Of a stretch of DNA of 64,000 nucleotides, positions 35,942-44,440 are shown piece after piece; position 1 is the stretch's first letter; each line of letters begins with the position of its first letter. A program made the translations under genes and the position numbers. This stretch comes from an uncultured Alphaproteobacteria bacterium (lineage in GTDB: Bacteria > Pseudomonadota > Alphaproteobacteria > Caulobacterales > Parvularculaceae). The stretch is taken from contig CADEDN010000004.1 in the NCBI GenBank assembly GCA_902826095.1, positions 1-64,000 of the forward strand. Reading direction: 5' to 3'. Under the pieces are notes generated by a model that had not been told where the DNA came from, did not search any database, and saw nothing but the letters and a program-made list of their open reading frames with translations.

Positions 35942-36964
35942 TCACGCGCCGGCGAAATGCTTGCGCGGGGCGGCGTCCGCGCCGCTCCAGCGTTTGACGA
36001 ACTCTTCAAGCTCGGCGTCGCCGCCCTCGGGGAGGACGATCTTCAGCTTCACATATTGATCGCCCGCCGGCGCGCCCTCGCGCGCGACGCCGCGCCCCTT
36101 AAGGCGCAGCACCGCGCCCGAGCTTGAATTCTTCGGCACCGAAATCGAGACCTCGCCGGCGATCGTCGGCGCGGTGATCTTGCCGCCCAGAACCGCCTCT
36201 TTCAGCGTGATCGGCGCCTCGATATGGATGTCGTCGCCGTCACGCTCGAACAAGGGATGGGGCTTGACCGCGATCTCGACATAGACGTCGCCCGCCGGGC
36301 CGCCGGAGGTTCCAGCCTCGCCCTGGCCCTTGAGGCGCAGGGTCTGGCCGTTCTCAAGCCCTGACGGAATGGCGATGTCGAGCGATCGCCCGTCCGGCAT
36401 GGTCACGCGTTTCTTGGCGCCTTTGACGGCGTCGAGAAAATCGACCTCAAGGCGGTATTTGACGTCGCGCCCGCGAAACGCCGCGCCCTGGCCTGCGCCC
36501 TGGCCTGCGCCGCCCGGCGCAAACCCGCCGCCTTGACCCGGTGCGCGCCCGCGCCCGAAGAGATCGGCGAAAATGTCGCCAAGATCGTCAAAATCGCCCT
36601 TGTTGGCGAAGCCGCCGGAATAATTGGCGCCGCCCTGACCTGATGTCCCTTGACCTTGCGCGTTGGGGCCGCCGGTCCATTGCCGGTACTGATATTGCGG
36701 ACGCTCGCGGCCATGTTCGTCGATTTCGCCGCGGTCATATTTCTTGCGGCGGTCGGCGTCGCCGATGATGTCGAAGGCGGCGGAGATTTCCTTGAATTTC
36801 TCCTCGGCCTTCTTGTCGTCCTTGTTGCGGTCGGGGTGGTATTTTTTGGCGAGCGTCCGGAACGCCGTGCGGATTTCCGCGTCGGTCGCCGACGGGGTGA
36901 CGCCAAGCACGCTATAAGGGTTCCTCGCCAAGTCCTTACAAGGCTCCTTTTGAGCGCAAAACAT
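35942..36964 (-). CDS. J-domain co-chaperone (CbpA/DnaJ-like, J domain + Gly-rich linker + DnaJ C-terminal domains, no zinc finger)
   Basis: NPYSVLGVTPSATDAEIRTAFRTLAKKYHPDRN J domain with HPD; G-rich region; C-terminal beta domains. Confidence 0.7.
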   Translation of the reverse strand: MFCAQKEPCKDLARNPYSVLGVTPSATDAEIRTAFRTLAKKYHPDRNKDDKKAEEKFKEISAAFDIIGDADRRKKYDRGEIDEHGRERPQYQYRQWTGGPNAQGQGTSGQGGANYSGGFANKGDFDDLGDIFADLFGRGRAPGQGGGFAPGGAGQGAGQGAAFRGRDVKYRLEVDFLDAVKGAKKRVTMPDGRSLDIAIPSGLENGQTLRLKGQGEAGTSGGPAGDVYVEIAVKPHPLFERDGDDIHIEAPITLKEAVLGGKITAPTIAGEVSISVPKNSSSGAVLRLKGRGVAREGAPAGDQYVKLKIVLPEGGDAELEEFVKRWSGADAAPRKHFAGA

Positions 36965-37121
36965 TCATCGCGGGACCACGGCCCCGCGTTCTAGATAGGC
37001 AATCCTGCCACAAAATGAAGGGAACGCGGTTAATTTCGCCCCGCGATCTTGTGATCGGCCGGCGGATTGCCGATCGAGCGCGCAATAAGGAGGATCGCGC
37101 CGCAATCCGCGGAGCGCATCG

Positions 37122-37601
37122 ATGAAATACCGCCTCGCCGCCCTTTTCGCCTTGTTCGCCCTGCCCGCTTTGGCGAGCGATCCGGTCGATCTTTCCTTCC
37201 TCGCCGGGGATTTCGCGATCCATGATCCGGCGGGCGCCGAAATCGGCGAAGCCGCCGCCATCGAGGAAGCGGCGGACGCCGTCATCCGGGAAACGCGCAA
37301 AGTCGGCGACGGCGCCCCGCAAATCCTGTGGTTCGTCAACGACGAAGAAAAAGGCGGCTGGCGCCAGCTCTTCGTCGCCGCGACCGGCCGCGTGCGCGCC
37401 TTCGATCCGGTCTCCGCGGCGGGCGAATGGCCGCTCGTTCTTGGAAGCGAGACGACGCTCAAGGACGGAACGACAGCGCGGTTCCGCATGACCCTCTCGA
37501 AAACCGGCGACGACCGCGCGCGGCGCCTTCTTGAAATGTCGAAGGACGACGGCGCGACATGGACGACCGTCTTCGACTATGATTACCGGCGGCGGGAATA
37601 A
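37122..37601 (+). CDS. secreted hypothetical protein
   Basis: signal peptide MKYRLAALFALFALPALA; 159 aa. Confidence 0.5.
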   Translation: MKYRLAALFALFALPALASDPVDLSFLAGDFAIHDPAGAEIGEAAAIEEAADAVIRETRKVGDGAPQILWFVNDEEKGGWRQLFVAATGRVRAFDPVSAAGEWPLVLGSETTLKDGTTARFRMTLSKTGDDRARRLLEMSKDDGATWTTVFDYDYRRRE

Positions 37602-37651
37602 GGGACGCAGGCGGATCATCGGAGGGAGAAGGCGGCGCAGACCGGAGACGA

Positions 37652-38497
37652 TCATATGTCGCCGACAATGAGCGCGCGCAGCTCGGACAAGCAGGCCGGC
37701 GTTTGCGGAAGGCCGGCGCGCTGCAGCTCGGCGAGGTAACTGTCAAATGAGATCGGCGGATTTCGATAGTGCTCGAAGTCCCATTTGACGGCGGCGAGGA
37801 ACGCAAGCTCGCCAATGCTCGCGACGTCGAGGATGAATTCGTCGGGATGGCGGGTATGAAGCCCGAATTTCGCGAGGATCTCCTTAGGGAAATCCTTCTC
37901 ATTAAATGTGACAATGACGCTTGCGTTCGCGCAAATCGCCGCGGCGAGTATCGGCCGGTCGCCCGCATCCGGCAAGGTCAGCGAATTCGCCAGCTCTTCA
38001 TATTCCTCGACCAGGCAATCAGGGACCGCGCGGTCCATCGCCGCGCGAGTTGCAACTAATACCAAGTTGCACGGGGTCCAACGCATTCGGCGAGGATCCC
38101 TTCTGCTTTTGAAAGTGTCATCCCGGGCGCGCTGCAACACGTAGTGTTGCGGCGCAGACCCGGGACGGCGTGCAGCCAAGGGCCCGAAACTGCGCGGGAT
38201 CCCGGGTCTGCGCCGCGGCATTGTCATGCCGCAGCGCGCCCGGGATGACACGGTTTTCTCCTTTGAAGAGGTCCCGGAAACAGGAACGTCATGAGTCTTC
38301 TTCAACGCAACTTGGTATAACGATGGCGGATTGAGATCGCTTCGCTTTGAGAGAACCGCCCTGATCCATTCTTCATGCACGTATTCCGACCAGCGCGCGC
38401 GGAACAAGCCCGTTTTCGCCAAAGAGACTACGAGACTTCTAAGGCGCGCGCCGAAGAAAACGTTTGAACCGAAGAACGCGGTGAAAGTGGAGATCAC
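37652..38497 (-). pseudogene. PIN-domain toxin gene carrying an in-frame 261-bp MITE insertion (87 extra aa between N- and C-terminal halves)
   Basis: N-terminal FFGSNVFFGARLRSLVVSLAKTGLFRARWSEYVHEEWIRAV and C-terminal LPDAGDRPILAAAICANASVIVTFNEKDFP halves match a PIN family paired with HTH antitoxins; the middle is MITE-encoded. Confidence 0.6.
38060..38327. mobile_element. full-length MITE copy (TIR TACCAAGTTGC..GCAACTTGGTA, TAA target-site duplication) inside PIN toxin gene
   Basis: TIRs, internal palindrome GTCATCCCGGGCGCGCTGC...GCAGCGCGCCCGGGATGAC, TAA flanks. Confidence 0.75.
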
Positions 38498-38498
38498 G

Positions 38499-38954
38499 CT
38501 AATCGAGCCTCAGCCGCTCCGCTTCGGCCGCAAGCTCCTCAAGCGCCGCCTCGCGCTCTTTCATTGATCGGCGCTCATAATCGAGAAGGTCGCCGAACCG
38601 GATCCGGCGATGCCGCCCAACGACCCGGTGCCTGATGAGACCGCGGTCGATGAGGCCGGTGAGATAGGGCCGCGAGACATTCAGATAATCGGCGGCTTGC
38701 TGCGTTGTCAGCTCCGCCTCATTCGGGATGATCGAGATTGGAATCCGTTCCGACATGCATTCGAGAATTTTGACGATCAGCGAAACGGCGCGCGCCGGCA
38801 ACGGCACGACGACCTTTGCGCCGTCCTGCACGACGAGGCGAATGTCTTGCTTCGCGTCCGCGCTCGCTTTCAATTTCTGAACAGCCGCTTTGGCGATTGT
38901 CGCCTCAATCTCATCGGCGACAAACGGATCGGTCTGGTCCACCAGCGCAAACAT
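38499..38954 (-). CDS. helix-turn-helix (excisionase/MerR-like) antitoxin partner of PIN toxin
   Basis: LTTQQAADYLNVSRPYLTGLIDRGLIRHRVVGRHRRIRFGDL HTH; immediately upstream of the PIN gene with 1-bp spacing. Confidence 0.65.
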   Translation of the reverse strand: MFALVDQTDPFVADEIEATIAKAAVQKLKASADAKQDIRLVVQDGAKVVVPLPARAVSLIVKILECMSERIPISIIPNEAELTTQQAADYLNVSRPYLTGLIDRGLIRHRVVGRHRRIRFGDLLDYERRSMKEREAALEELAAEAERLRLD

Positions 38955-39124
38955 GGTTCAAGCGGCTCCCTTGGGCCTGGCGGGCGGCCTCCAAGACCGG
39001 CCCTGAAGTCCTATACATTGGTGGTCAAACGAAATAAACGCAATAAATGCAATAATCGTAAATCGCCCTTGAGCTGACGTTGAATGCTCGCAACCAGTGT
39101 TTGTGTGGATGATCCTCCTAAAGT

Positions 39125-39190
39125 TTAGAATGAGCCCTCCCCTCTTTCCCCCACCCCGACCAGGTCCGAGATCTCCGCGACGCTGAGGGT
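39125..39190 (-). pseudogene. 3'-terminal fragment homologous to C-terminus of GTA tail protein (…EISDLVGVGERGEGSF)
   Basis: ~45-bp nucleotide and 17-aa similarity to the end of the 1005-aa gene (…QISDLVGVGEWGETGA). Confidence 0.35.
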
Positions 39191-39309
39191 GAGCGCCGAC
39201 GTGCCGCCCCGCGGGCGCAACAATGCGACTTCGGCGATTTGATAATGTTGATTTGCTTTTATTTGACGATAAAGTGACCCAATTGCTATCGGGGTTAGGG
39301 GCGACAACA

Positions 39310-40065
39310 ATGAAATATGCGTTATTGCTGGGCGCGATTTTCTTATCGTGCTCATGCGCAACAGTCGTGCGCGGAACCAAAGACACGGCCGAATTTGAAA
39401 GCCGGCCTAGCGGCGCCAATGTCACGGTCGAGTCGGTCAGCGAAGACAAGCTCGGACCGTATGACTGCGTCACGCCCTGCAGTCTTGAACTGAAGCGCAA
39501 ACGGACTTGGGCGGTCGACTTTACGCTCGAAGGATACAAGCCGGCTTCGGGGCGTCTTAGACCGAAAGTCACTGGCGGCGGCGTTGCGGCCGGCGCCGGC
39601 AATGTGCTGCTTGGAGGCCTCATCGGTGTCGGCGTTGATGCAGGAACCGGCGCCAATCTCGATCTGCGGCCAAATCCGATGATCGCCGAACTAGAGCCGC
39701 TCGACTCGCCGAATGAATCGCGCGTCCTCGACACGGAAATCGACGACGACGCGGCGCCGACCGCGGCCGGTGAGCCAGCGCCTTCCGCTGCGAGCGATAC
39801 TCCGTCGGCGGAGGACTTGCCCGCGAACGATGACGCCGCGCCGGCGAGCGTTGATCGGGAAAGCGCAACAGACGCCGCACCGCAGGAGACGACCGCTGCG
39901 ACCAGCGGCGAGGCGGCGACGGAAACGACCGATGAAATCGCTGGGGAGCCGGTCGCCCAGCCGGCGCGCCTGTACAAGCCCGGTGAGGTCGCGCCGAACG
40001 ATGAAGCGGCAAGCGATCTTAACCGGCGACAGCTTGAAAAGATCGAGAACCTTCCACAGCAATAA
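39310..40065 (+). CDS. lipoprotein with acidic low-complexity C-terminal half
   Basis: MKYALLLGAIFLSCSCAT lipobox; gene start sits in a locally low-GC patch; the long antisense ORF 38958-40169 is rejected. Confidence 0.6.
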   Translation: MKYALLLGAIFLSCSCATVVRGTKDTAEFESRPSGANVTVESVSEDKLGPYDCVTPCSLELKRKRTWAVDFTLEGYKPASGRLRPKVTGGGVAAGAGNVLLGGLIGVGVDAGTGANLDLRPNPMIAELEPLDSPNESRVLDTEIDDDAAPTAAGEPAPSAASDTPSAEDLPANDDAAPASVDRESATDAAPQETTAATSGEAATETTDEIAGEPVAQPARLYKPGEVAPNDEAASDLNRRQLEKIENLPQQ

Positions 40066-40075
40066 TCAAAACCCC

Positions 40076-40112
40076 GCGCCGCCTGATCCGGACCGTCAGG
40101 CGGCGCGTCACA
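40076..40112. terminator. convergent-gene hairpin (CGCGCCGCCTGA-n9-TCAGGCGGCGCG)
   Basis: 12-bp perfect stem between the ends of lipoprotein (+) and 1005-aa gene (-). Confidence 0.35.
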
Positions 40113-40147
40113 TCGGCGGGCGTTGTTTGCGGCCGAGGCGGCTGTGC

Positions 40148-42985
40148 TCACGCCCCCGTCTCCCCCCATTCGCCGACGCCGACCAAATCCGAGATCTGCG
40201 CGACTTTGATGACGAGCGGCGGCTTTCCGCCGGGAAATCCGGCCGGCGGAAAGTCGGCGGCGATCATCGCCGCCGCATAGGCGAAGGCGGGGGTTGAGAC
40301 TTCCGCCGTGCGGACGCGGGCGGCGCCGTTCCAGATCTCGACGCGGTAGCGCTCGAAGGCCTCGCCCAAGGGGACGTCCTCGCCTTCCCAGCTGTCGCCG
40401 CCGGCCCTCGTTCTCCTTATCCAGGAGACGGCGATGTCGCCGTTCGGCTGGTCCTTCGCGCGCAGATGCGCCGGGGAGAGAGGCTTTAGCCCCCGCGCCG
40501 CGCCGGCGAAGGTCTTTATACGGAAGGTCTCTTCGGTCGGAAGATCGCCCGCCGGGCCGGCCGCCCAGTCGAAGGAGAGGCCGCGCAGGTCGAAGGGAAG
40601 CTCGGCCTGGATGATCGCGGGCGAGAGGAGGATGAAGCGCGCGCCGGCGCCGGCGCCCGCCGCCGCCTGGCGCTCGGTTCCCGCCTGCCCGCGCAAAAGG
40701 CCCGTCAGCGTCCAGACGCCGTCCGGCCCGAGCGTCGCGTCGCGAAATTGCAGAACCTCGAACCCTTGCGGCGTTTCGACGACGGCGCTGTTGGCGCCGG
40801 CGAAAATCTCTTCGGCCCCGCGCGACGCGAGCGCGCCGAAGGCGAGCCGCACGCGGAGCGTCCGCTCGTCGAAGCGGCCGGCGACGCCGGGCGCGAGCGC
40901 CGCGTCAAGCCTTCCCATCACCGCGCGCGTCGCGGCGGTTGCGGCGAGCGCCGACCCCCGATAGAGCGCGACGGCGCCCGGCCAGGGATCGGCATAGACG
41001 GCGAGATAGGGCGCGGCCGGATCATCGCCCTCGGAGAGGAGCGGCAGATTCATCAGCTCGAACGCCGGCTTTCCAAATTGCGGCGGGCTCGCCGGCGTCT
41101 TCCACCCCGATGTCGCGACCGGCGCTTCATAGACGGCCGGCGAGACGCGCACCGCCTCGACCTTGCGCGCCGCGCCGTCGGTCAGCGAGATGATGCGGAA
41201 ATCGCGGGCGACGGGCCCGAATTCGACGCGGACCGCGTCGCCGGGTTCGAGAAAGGCGAGCGAGGGCGGCAGCGTGAATGTCGCCGTTTCGCGCATCAAG
41301 GCGGCGTCGGCGAGGATCGAGCGCGCACGCGCCGCCGCGCTCGCCTCGTCCATCACCGCGGGGAGCTCCAGCGCCGTCTCGCGGATCTCGTCCGTGTGCG
41401 GATGGCGCGCCTCGGCGACAGCGGGGAGATAGTCGCCGCCCTCGTCGATATAGAGGAGGCGGACGGCGCTCGGCAGATCCGCCTTCTGCCCGGTCGTCAA
41501 GGTGAAGGCGGCGGCGCCTTTGCCGCCGGCGCCGTCGTCGACAAGCGCCGCCTTGCCGATCGTCAGCGCGTTCGGGCCGCCGCGCGGCTGGAACCGCAGG
41601 CCGGCTTGCGTCTCGACCATGTCGAACTGGAAAACATCCGCCAGGGGATCGATCATCTGGCGGGGCGAGAGCGGCCGGTCGACGACAAACCCCGCGAGCG
41701 AGCCATTGAGCGCGCCGGCGTCGGCCGCGACATCGCCTTCGGCGGCGAGCGCTTCGACGAGGGCGCCGAGCGGCGCGCGCGAGAGGCGCCCGTTCAGCCA
41801 GTGGCCCTTTTCCCAATTGCCGGCGTCGCCCCAGATGTCGCCGCGCGCCGGAAAGAACGGATAGGGCCGCGCGTCGACGGCATAGACATAGAGCCGGTCG
41901 GTGTCGATCATCGCGACGCCCGCCGCGCTTTCATTATGCGCGCGCCAATAATCATGCACGGCCTCAAGCGCGCGGCGCTGGATCTGATCGTCGCGCGCGC
42001 CGCTCGAAAAAGGCGGCAGCGCCGATTCCGACGATTTCGGATCGACAAAGACATTCGGCGCGTTCGCCCCCTTGTCGACAGCGGGACAGCCGATTTCGGT
42101 GAAGCGGATCGGCTTTGATTTCGGGACCCATGCCGTCGGCGCCGCCGCCCTTGCGAAATTCGGGCGGTCGTGATGCGCGTTCTTCCACCAATTGCGGATG
42201 TCCTTGGCGCGCCAGACGAAGGGCTCATTGTGCGCCGCGTCGCTGATCGGCGTTCTTGTCTGCGCGATGCGGTCGGCCTCGCTCGCATAATGCCAGTCGA
42301 AATGCTCGCCGCCCTCGATATTGGCGGCGATATAGGCAGGGTCGTAAGGGCTCTTCCAGCCGGCGTTCAAATCCGCATGATCAAAGCCGTCGCGCCAGTC
42401 GGCGAGCGGCGGGTAATAATCAACGCCGACAAAGTCGATATTGGCGTCCGCCCACGCGGCGTCGAATTGATGGCCGCGAAGCCCGTCCGGATCCTCCGAG
42501 GAGAACACATAGGCGACCGAGCCGTTCGCCGGAAAGACGAGGCGCCGGCGCGAGACTTCATAGCGCGGGCGCTCATTGTCGGGGCCAAGATGCGCGAGGC
42601 CGGATTGGCCGTCGATCATGACTTCCCTCCCGTCGGCATAGGTCTCGCTGACGAGCGCGATGCGCGCCGGCGTCGTCCGATCACGGACGAATTCCCGGAT
42701 CCATTCGGCGCCCGCTCTCGTCTTCCCGGCGCCGCGCCCGCCGAGCAGAAGCCATAAGGTCCAGTCATCGGTGAGCGGCCATTTCTGGTGGTCATGCGCG
42801 TTGCGGCGATACCAGTCATGCTCGGTCCCCCGAGCCTTCGCCGTGCTGTCCGCCATCAGCCTCGCGACCCCCAGCAGCGCCGCGACCTGTGAGTCGGTAT
42901 ATATGCTCATCAAGCTCTCGCTTGAGGACAGCCGCGTCAGCGGCGATGCGGGCGTTGTGGTCGGCGTCAGCGCCGTCTGTTCCAT
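40148..42985 (-). CDS. chimeric phage/GTA protein: N-terminal ~240 aa terminase-large-subunit ATPase fragment fused in frame to GTA TIM-barrel/host-specificity (g15-like) tail protein
   Basis: DWTLWLLLGGRGAGKTRAGAEWI...LRGHQFDAAWAD (TerL Walker A region) then NIDFVGVDYYPPLADWRDG... GTA TIM-barrel-like and tail regions; start uncertain (42856-43165). Confidence 0.55.
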   Translation of the reverse strand: MEQTALTPTTTPASPLTRLSSSESLMSIYTDSQVAALLGVARLMADSTAKARGTEHDWYRRNAHDHQKWPLTDDWTLWLLLGGRGAGKTRAGAEWIREFVRDRTTPARIALVSETYADGREVMIDGQSGLAHLGPDNERPRYEVSRRRLVFPANGSVAYVFSSEDPDGLRGHQFDAAWADANIDFVGVDYYPPLADWRDGFDHADLNAGWKSPYDPAYIAANIEGGEHFDWHYASEADRIAQTRTPISDAAHNEPFVWRAKDIRNWWKNAHHDRPNFARAAAPTAWVPKSKPIRFTEIGCPAVDKGANAPNVFVDPKSSESALPPFSSGARDDQIQRRALEAVHDYWRAHNESAAGVAMIDTDRLYVYAVDARPYPFFPARGDIWGDAGNWEKGHWLNGRLSRAPLGALVEALAAEGDVAADAGALNGSLAGFVVDRPLSPRQMIDPLADVFQFDMVETQAGLRFQPRGGPNALTIGKAALVDDGAGGKGAAAFTLTTGQKADLPSAVRLLYIDEGGDYLPAVAEARHPHTDEIRETALELPAVMDEASAAARARSILADAALMRETATFTLPPSLAFLEPGDAVRVEFGPVARDFRIISLTDGAARKVEAVRVSPAVYEAPVATSGWKTPASPPQFGKPAFELMNLPLLSEGDDPAAPYLAVYADPWPGAVALYRGSALAATAATRAVMGRLDAALAPGVAGRFDERTLRVRLAFGALASRGAEEIFAGANSAVVETPQGFEVLQFRDATLGPDGVWTLTGLLRGQAGTERQAAAGAGAGARFILLSPAIIQAELPFDLRGLSFDWAAGPAGDLPTEETFRIKTFAGAARGLKPLSPAHLRAKDQPNGDIAVSWIRRTRAGGDSWEGEDVPLGEAFERYRVEIWNGAARVRTAEVSTPAFAYAAAMIAADFPPAGFPGGKPPLVIKVAQISDLVGVGEWGETGA

Positions 42986-43214
42986 TCTTCTTCTTTTCCT
43001 CTCGAATGCGGCCGAGAAGCGCGTTCGCATCCTGCGCGACGCGCATGAAGGCGACCGCGGTGCGCGCGATGCGGTCGAATTTGCGATTGTCCTCGCGCTC
43101 GTCATAGGCGACGTCGGCGAGGCGTTGCCTGGTTTCGGCGATCGCAAAGCCGAAGATGCATTCAAGGCTCTCTTCGCATTCGGCGATCGTCAGCGCTGTC
43201 TTCTTCTCCGTCAT
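42816..43214 (-). CDS. hypothetical helical protein (possible GTA g1-like small protein) overlapping the terminase-fragment N-terminus in another frame
   Basis: MTEKKTALTIAECEE... 130-aa charged helical ORF just upstream of the TerL-like region. Confidence 0.3.
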   Translation of the reverse strand: MTEKKTALTIAECEESLECIFGFAIAETRQRLADVAYDEREDNRKFDRIARTAVAFMRVAQDANALLGRIREEKKKNGTDGADADHNARIAADAAVLKRELDEHIYRLTGRGAAGGREADGGQHGEGSGDRA

Positions 43215-43273
43215 CGGCTCTCGGCCCTCGTCTAATTTCAAACTCGACGGAGAATGTAGGGTCGCCGGAGGGG

Positions 43274-43345
43274 TGTGGGATAAAGTGGGGGATAAACTGG
43301 GGGATAAGGTGGGGGATAAGGTGGGGGATAAGTAGGGGGATAACT
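43274..43345. repeat. tandem ~12-bp repeats (GTGGGGGATAAG x6) followed by AT-rich segment
   Basis: GTGGGATAAAGTGGGGGATAAACTGGGGGATAAGGTGGGGGATAAGGTGGGGGATAAGTAGGGGGATAAC. Confidence 0.7.
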
Positions 43346-43511
43346 TTTTTTTATTGAGGAAAATCAGCGCGCTATATAATTAATAAAAAAGGTTGGTTAA
43401 CGGATCATTCGCCTTGTTTTTGATGAGCAGAAGATTCCAATTTTTGCAACCGCTGGCGGATGATCCGTAGACGGATCGTCAACCGCCGGGGGATTTTTGA
43501 AAGGGGCGCAT

Positions 43512-43992
43512 CCCCCCTCTCCCGCTCGCGGGAGAGGGGCCGGGGGTGAGGGGGCGTCAAAGGAGAGCGCCGCCCATGTTCGACGCCCCCTCACCCTACC
43601 CTCTCCCGCAAGCGGGAGAGGGTGGCGCGTCTCATGCGCCTCACGACAACTGAAATTTCCGGTTCTGCAGCGAGATCGCGCCGCTACCTCCCCTCTCCCG
43701 CTCGCGGGAGAGGGGCCGGGGGTGAGGGGGCGTCAAAGGAGAGATCCGTCCCTGTCTCACGCCCCCTCACCCTGCCGTCGGACGCATGGTCCGACCCCGC
43801 AAGCGGGAGAGGGTGGCGCGTCTCATGCGCCTCACGACAACTGAAATTTCCGGTTCTGCAGCGAGATCGCGCCGCTACATCCCCTCTCCCGCAAAGCGGG
43901 AGAGGGGCCCGGGGTGAGGGGGCGTCAAAGGAGAGCCCTGTCCATGTTCGACGCCCCCTCACCCTGCCCTCTCCCGCAAGCGGGAGAGGGGG
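43512..43992. repeat. tandem array (3 units of ~180 bp) of REP family B composite palindromes
   Basis: units at 43512, 43690, 43870 with identical inter-palindrome segments (not CRISPR). Confidence 0.8.
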
Positions 43993-44088
43993 GCGCACTA
44001 AATGCGATCGCCCTGCGCTAGCGGAAGAGGGGGGGGCGGCGGCGGATTTGGTCTTGTCGACCGCAAATCCGGCAGACAATCTTGACAT

Positions 44089-44427
44089 ATGCGAGACGAC
44101 CAAAAAACCAAGCTTGCGCGCCGCCTTCGTCGCGATGCGAATGCGCCGGAACGCGCCGCGTGGGCCGCACTGCGCATGCTGCGCGAGCGCGGTTTCGCCG
44201 TGCGGCGCCAGCATCCGGTTGGTCCCTATGTCGTCGACTTCGCCATTGTCGCGCGCAAACTCGTGATTGAAATCGACGGCGGCGTTCATCGCCTCAAGGC
44301 TGCGGACGACGCGCTGCGGCAATCGCATCTTGAGGGCCTTGGCTGGCGCGTCGTTCGCGTCAAACCGGAGGTCGCGCTGAGCCGGGATCATTTGCTTGAT
44401 CTTATCGAGAGAGTGCTCGGGAATTGA
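44089..44427 (+). CDS. DUF559 endonuclease-domain protein (Vsr/restriction-endonuclease-like fold)
   Basis: ERGFAVRRQHPVGPYVVDFAIVARKLVIEIDGGVHR...GWRVVRV conserved DUF559 core; embedded between REP arrays. Confidence 0.75.
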   Translation: MRDDQKTKLARRLRRDANAPERAAWAALRMLRERGFAVRRQHPVGPYVVDFAIVARKLVIEIDGGVHRLKAADDALRQSHLEGLGWRVVRVKPEVALSRDHLLDLIERVLGN

Positions 44428-44440
44428 AGCGCCCTCTCTT

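Noticed and set aside
38958-40169. 403-aa minus-strand ORF
   Set aside because: Overlaps the lipoprotein gene (clear lipobox, sensible start in an AT-rich patch) on the opposite strand. The composition is low-complexity Ala/Ser/Gly.
40748-42118. 456-aa plus-strand ORF inside the 1005-aa gene
   Set aside because: Antisense to the terminase/GTA-tail fusion, which carries recognisable motifs.
43370-43400. CtrA box upstream of GTA remnant
   Set aside because: Only a TTAAC half-site is present (TTAA-N13-TTAAC rather than TTAA-N7-TTAA). Kept only as a weak remark in a finding, not as a feature.
43512-43992. CRISPR-like tandem repeat array
   Set aside because: The segments between the palindromic repeats are identical from unit to unit and no cas genes are present, so this is a tandem duplication of a composite REP element, not repeat-spacer architecture.
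43622-44266. 214-aa plus-strand ORF
   Set aside because: Runs through the tandem REP array, and its repeated peptide blocks mirror the DNA repeats.
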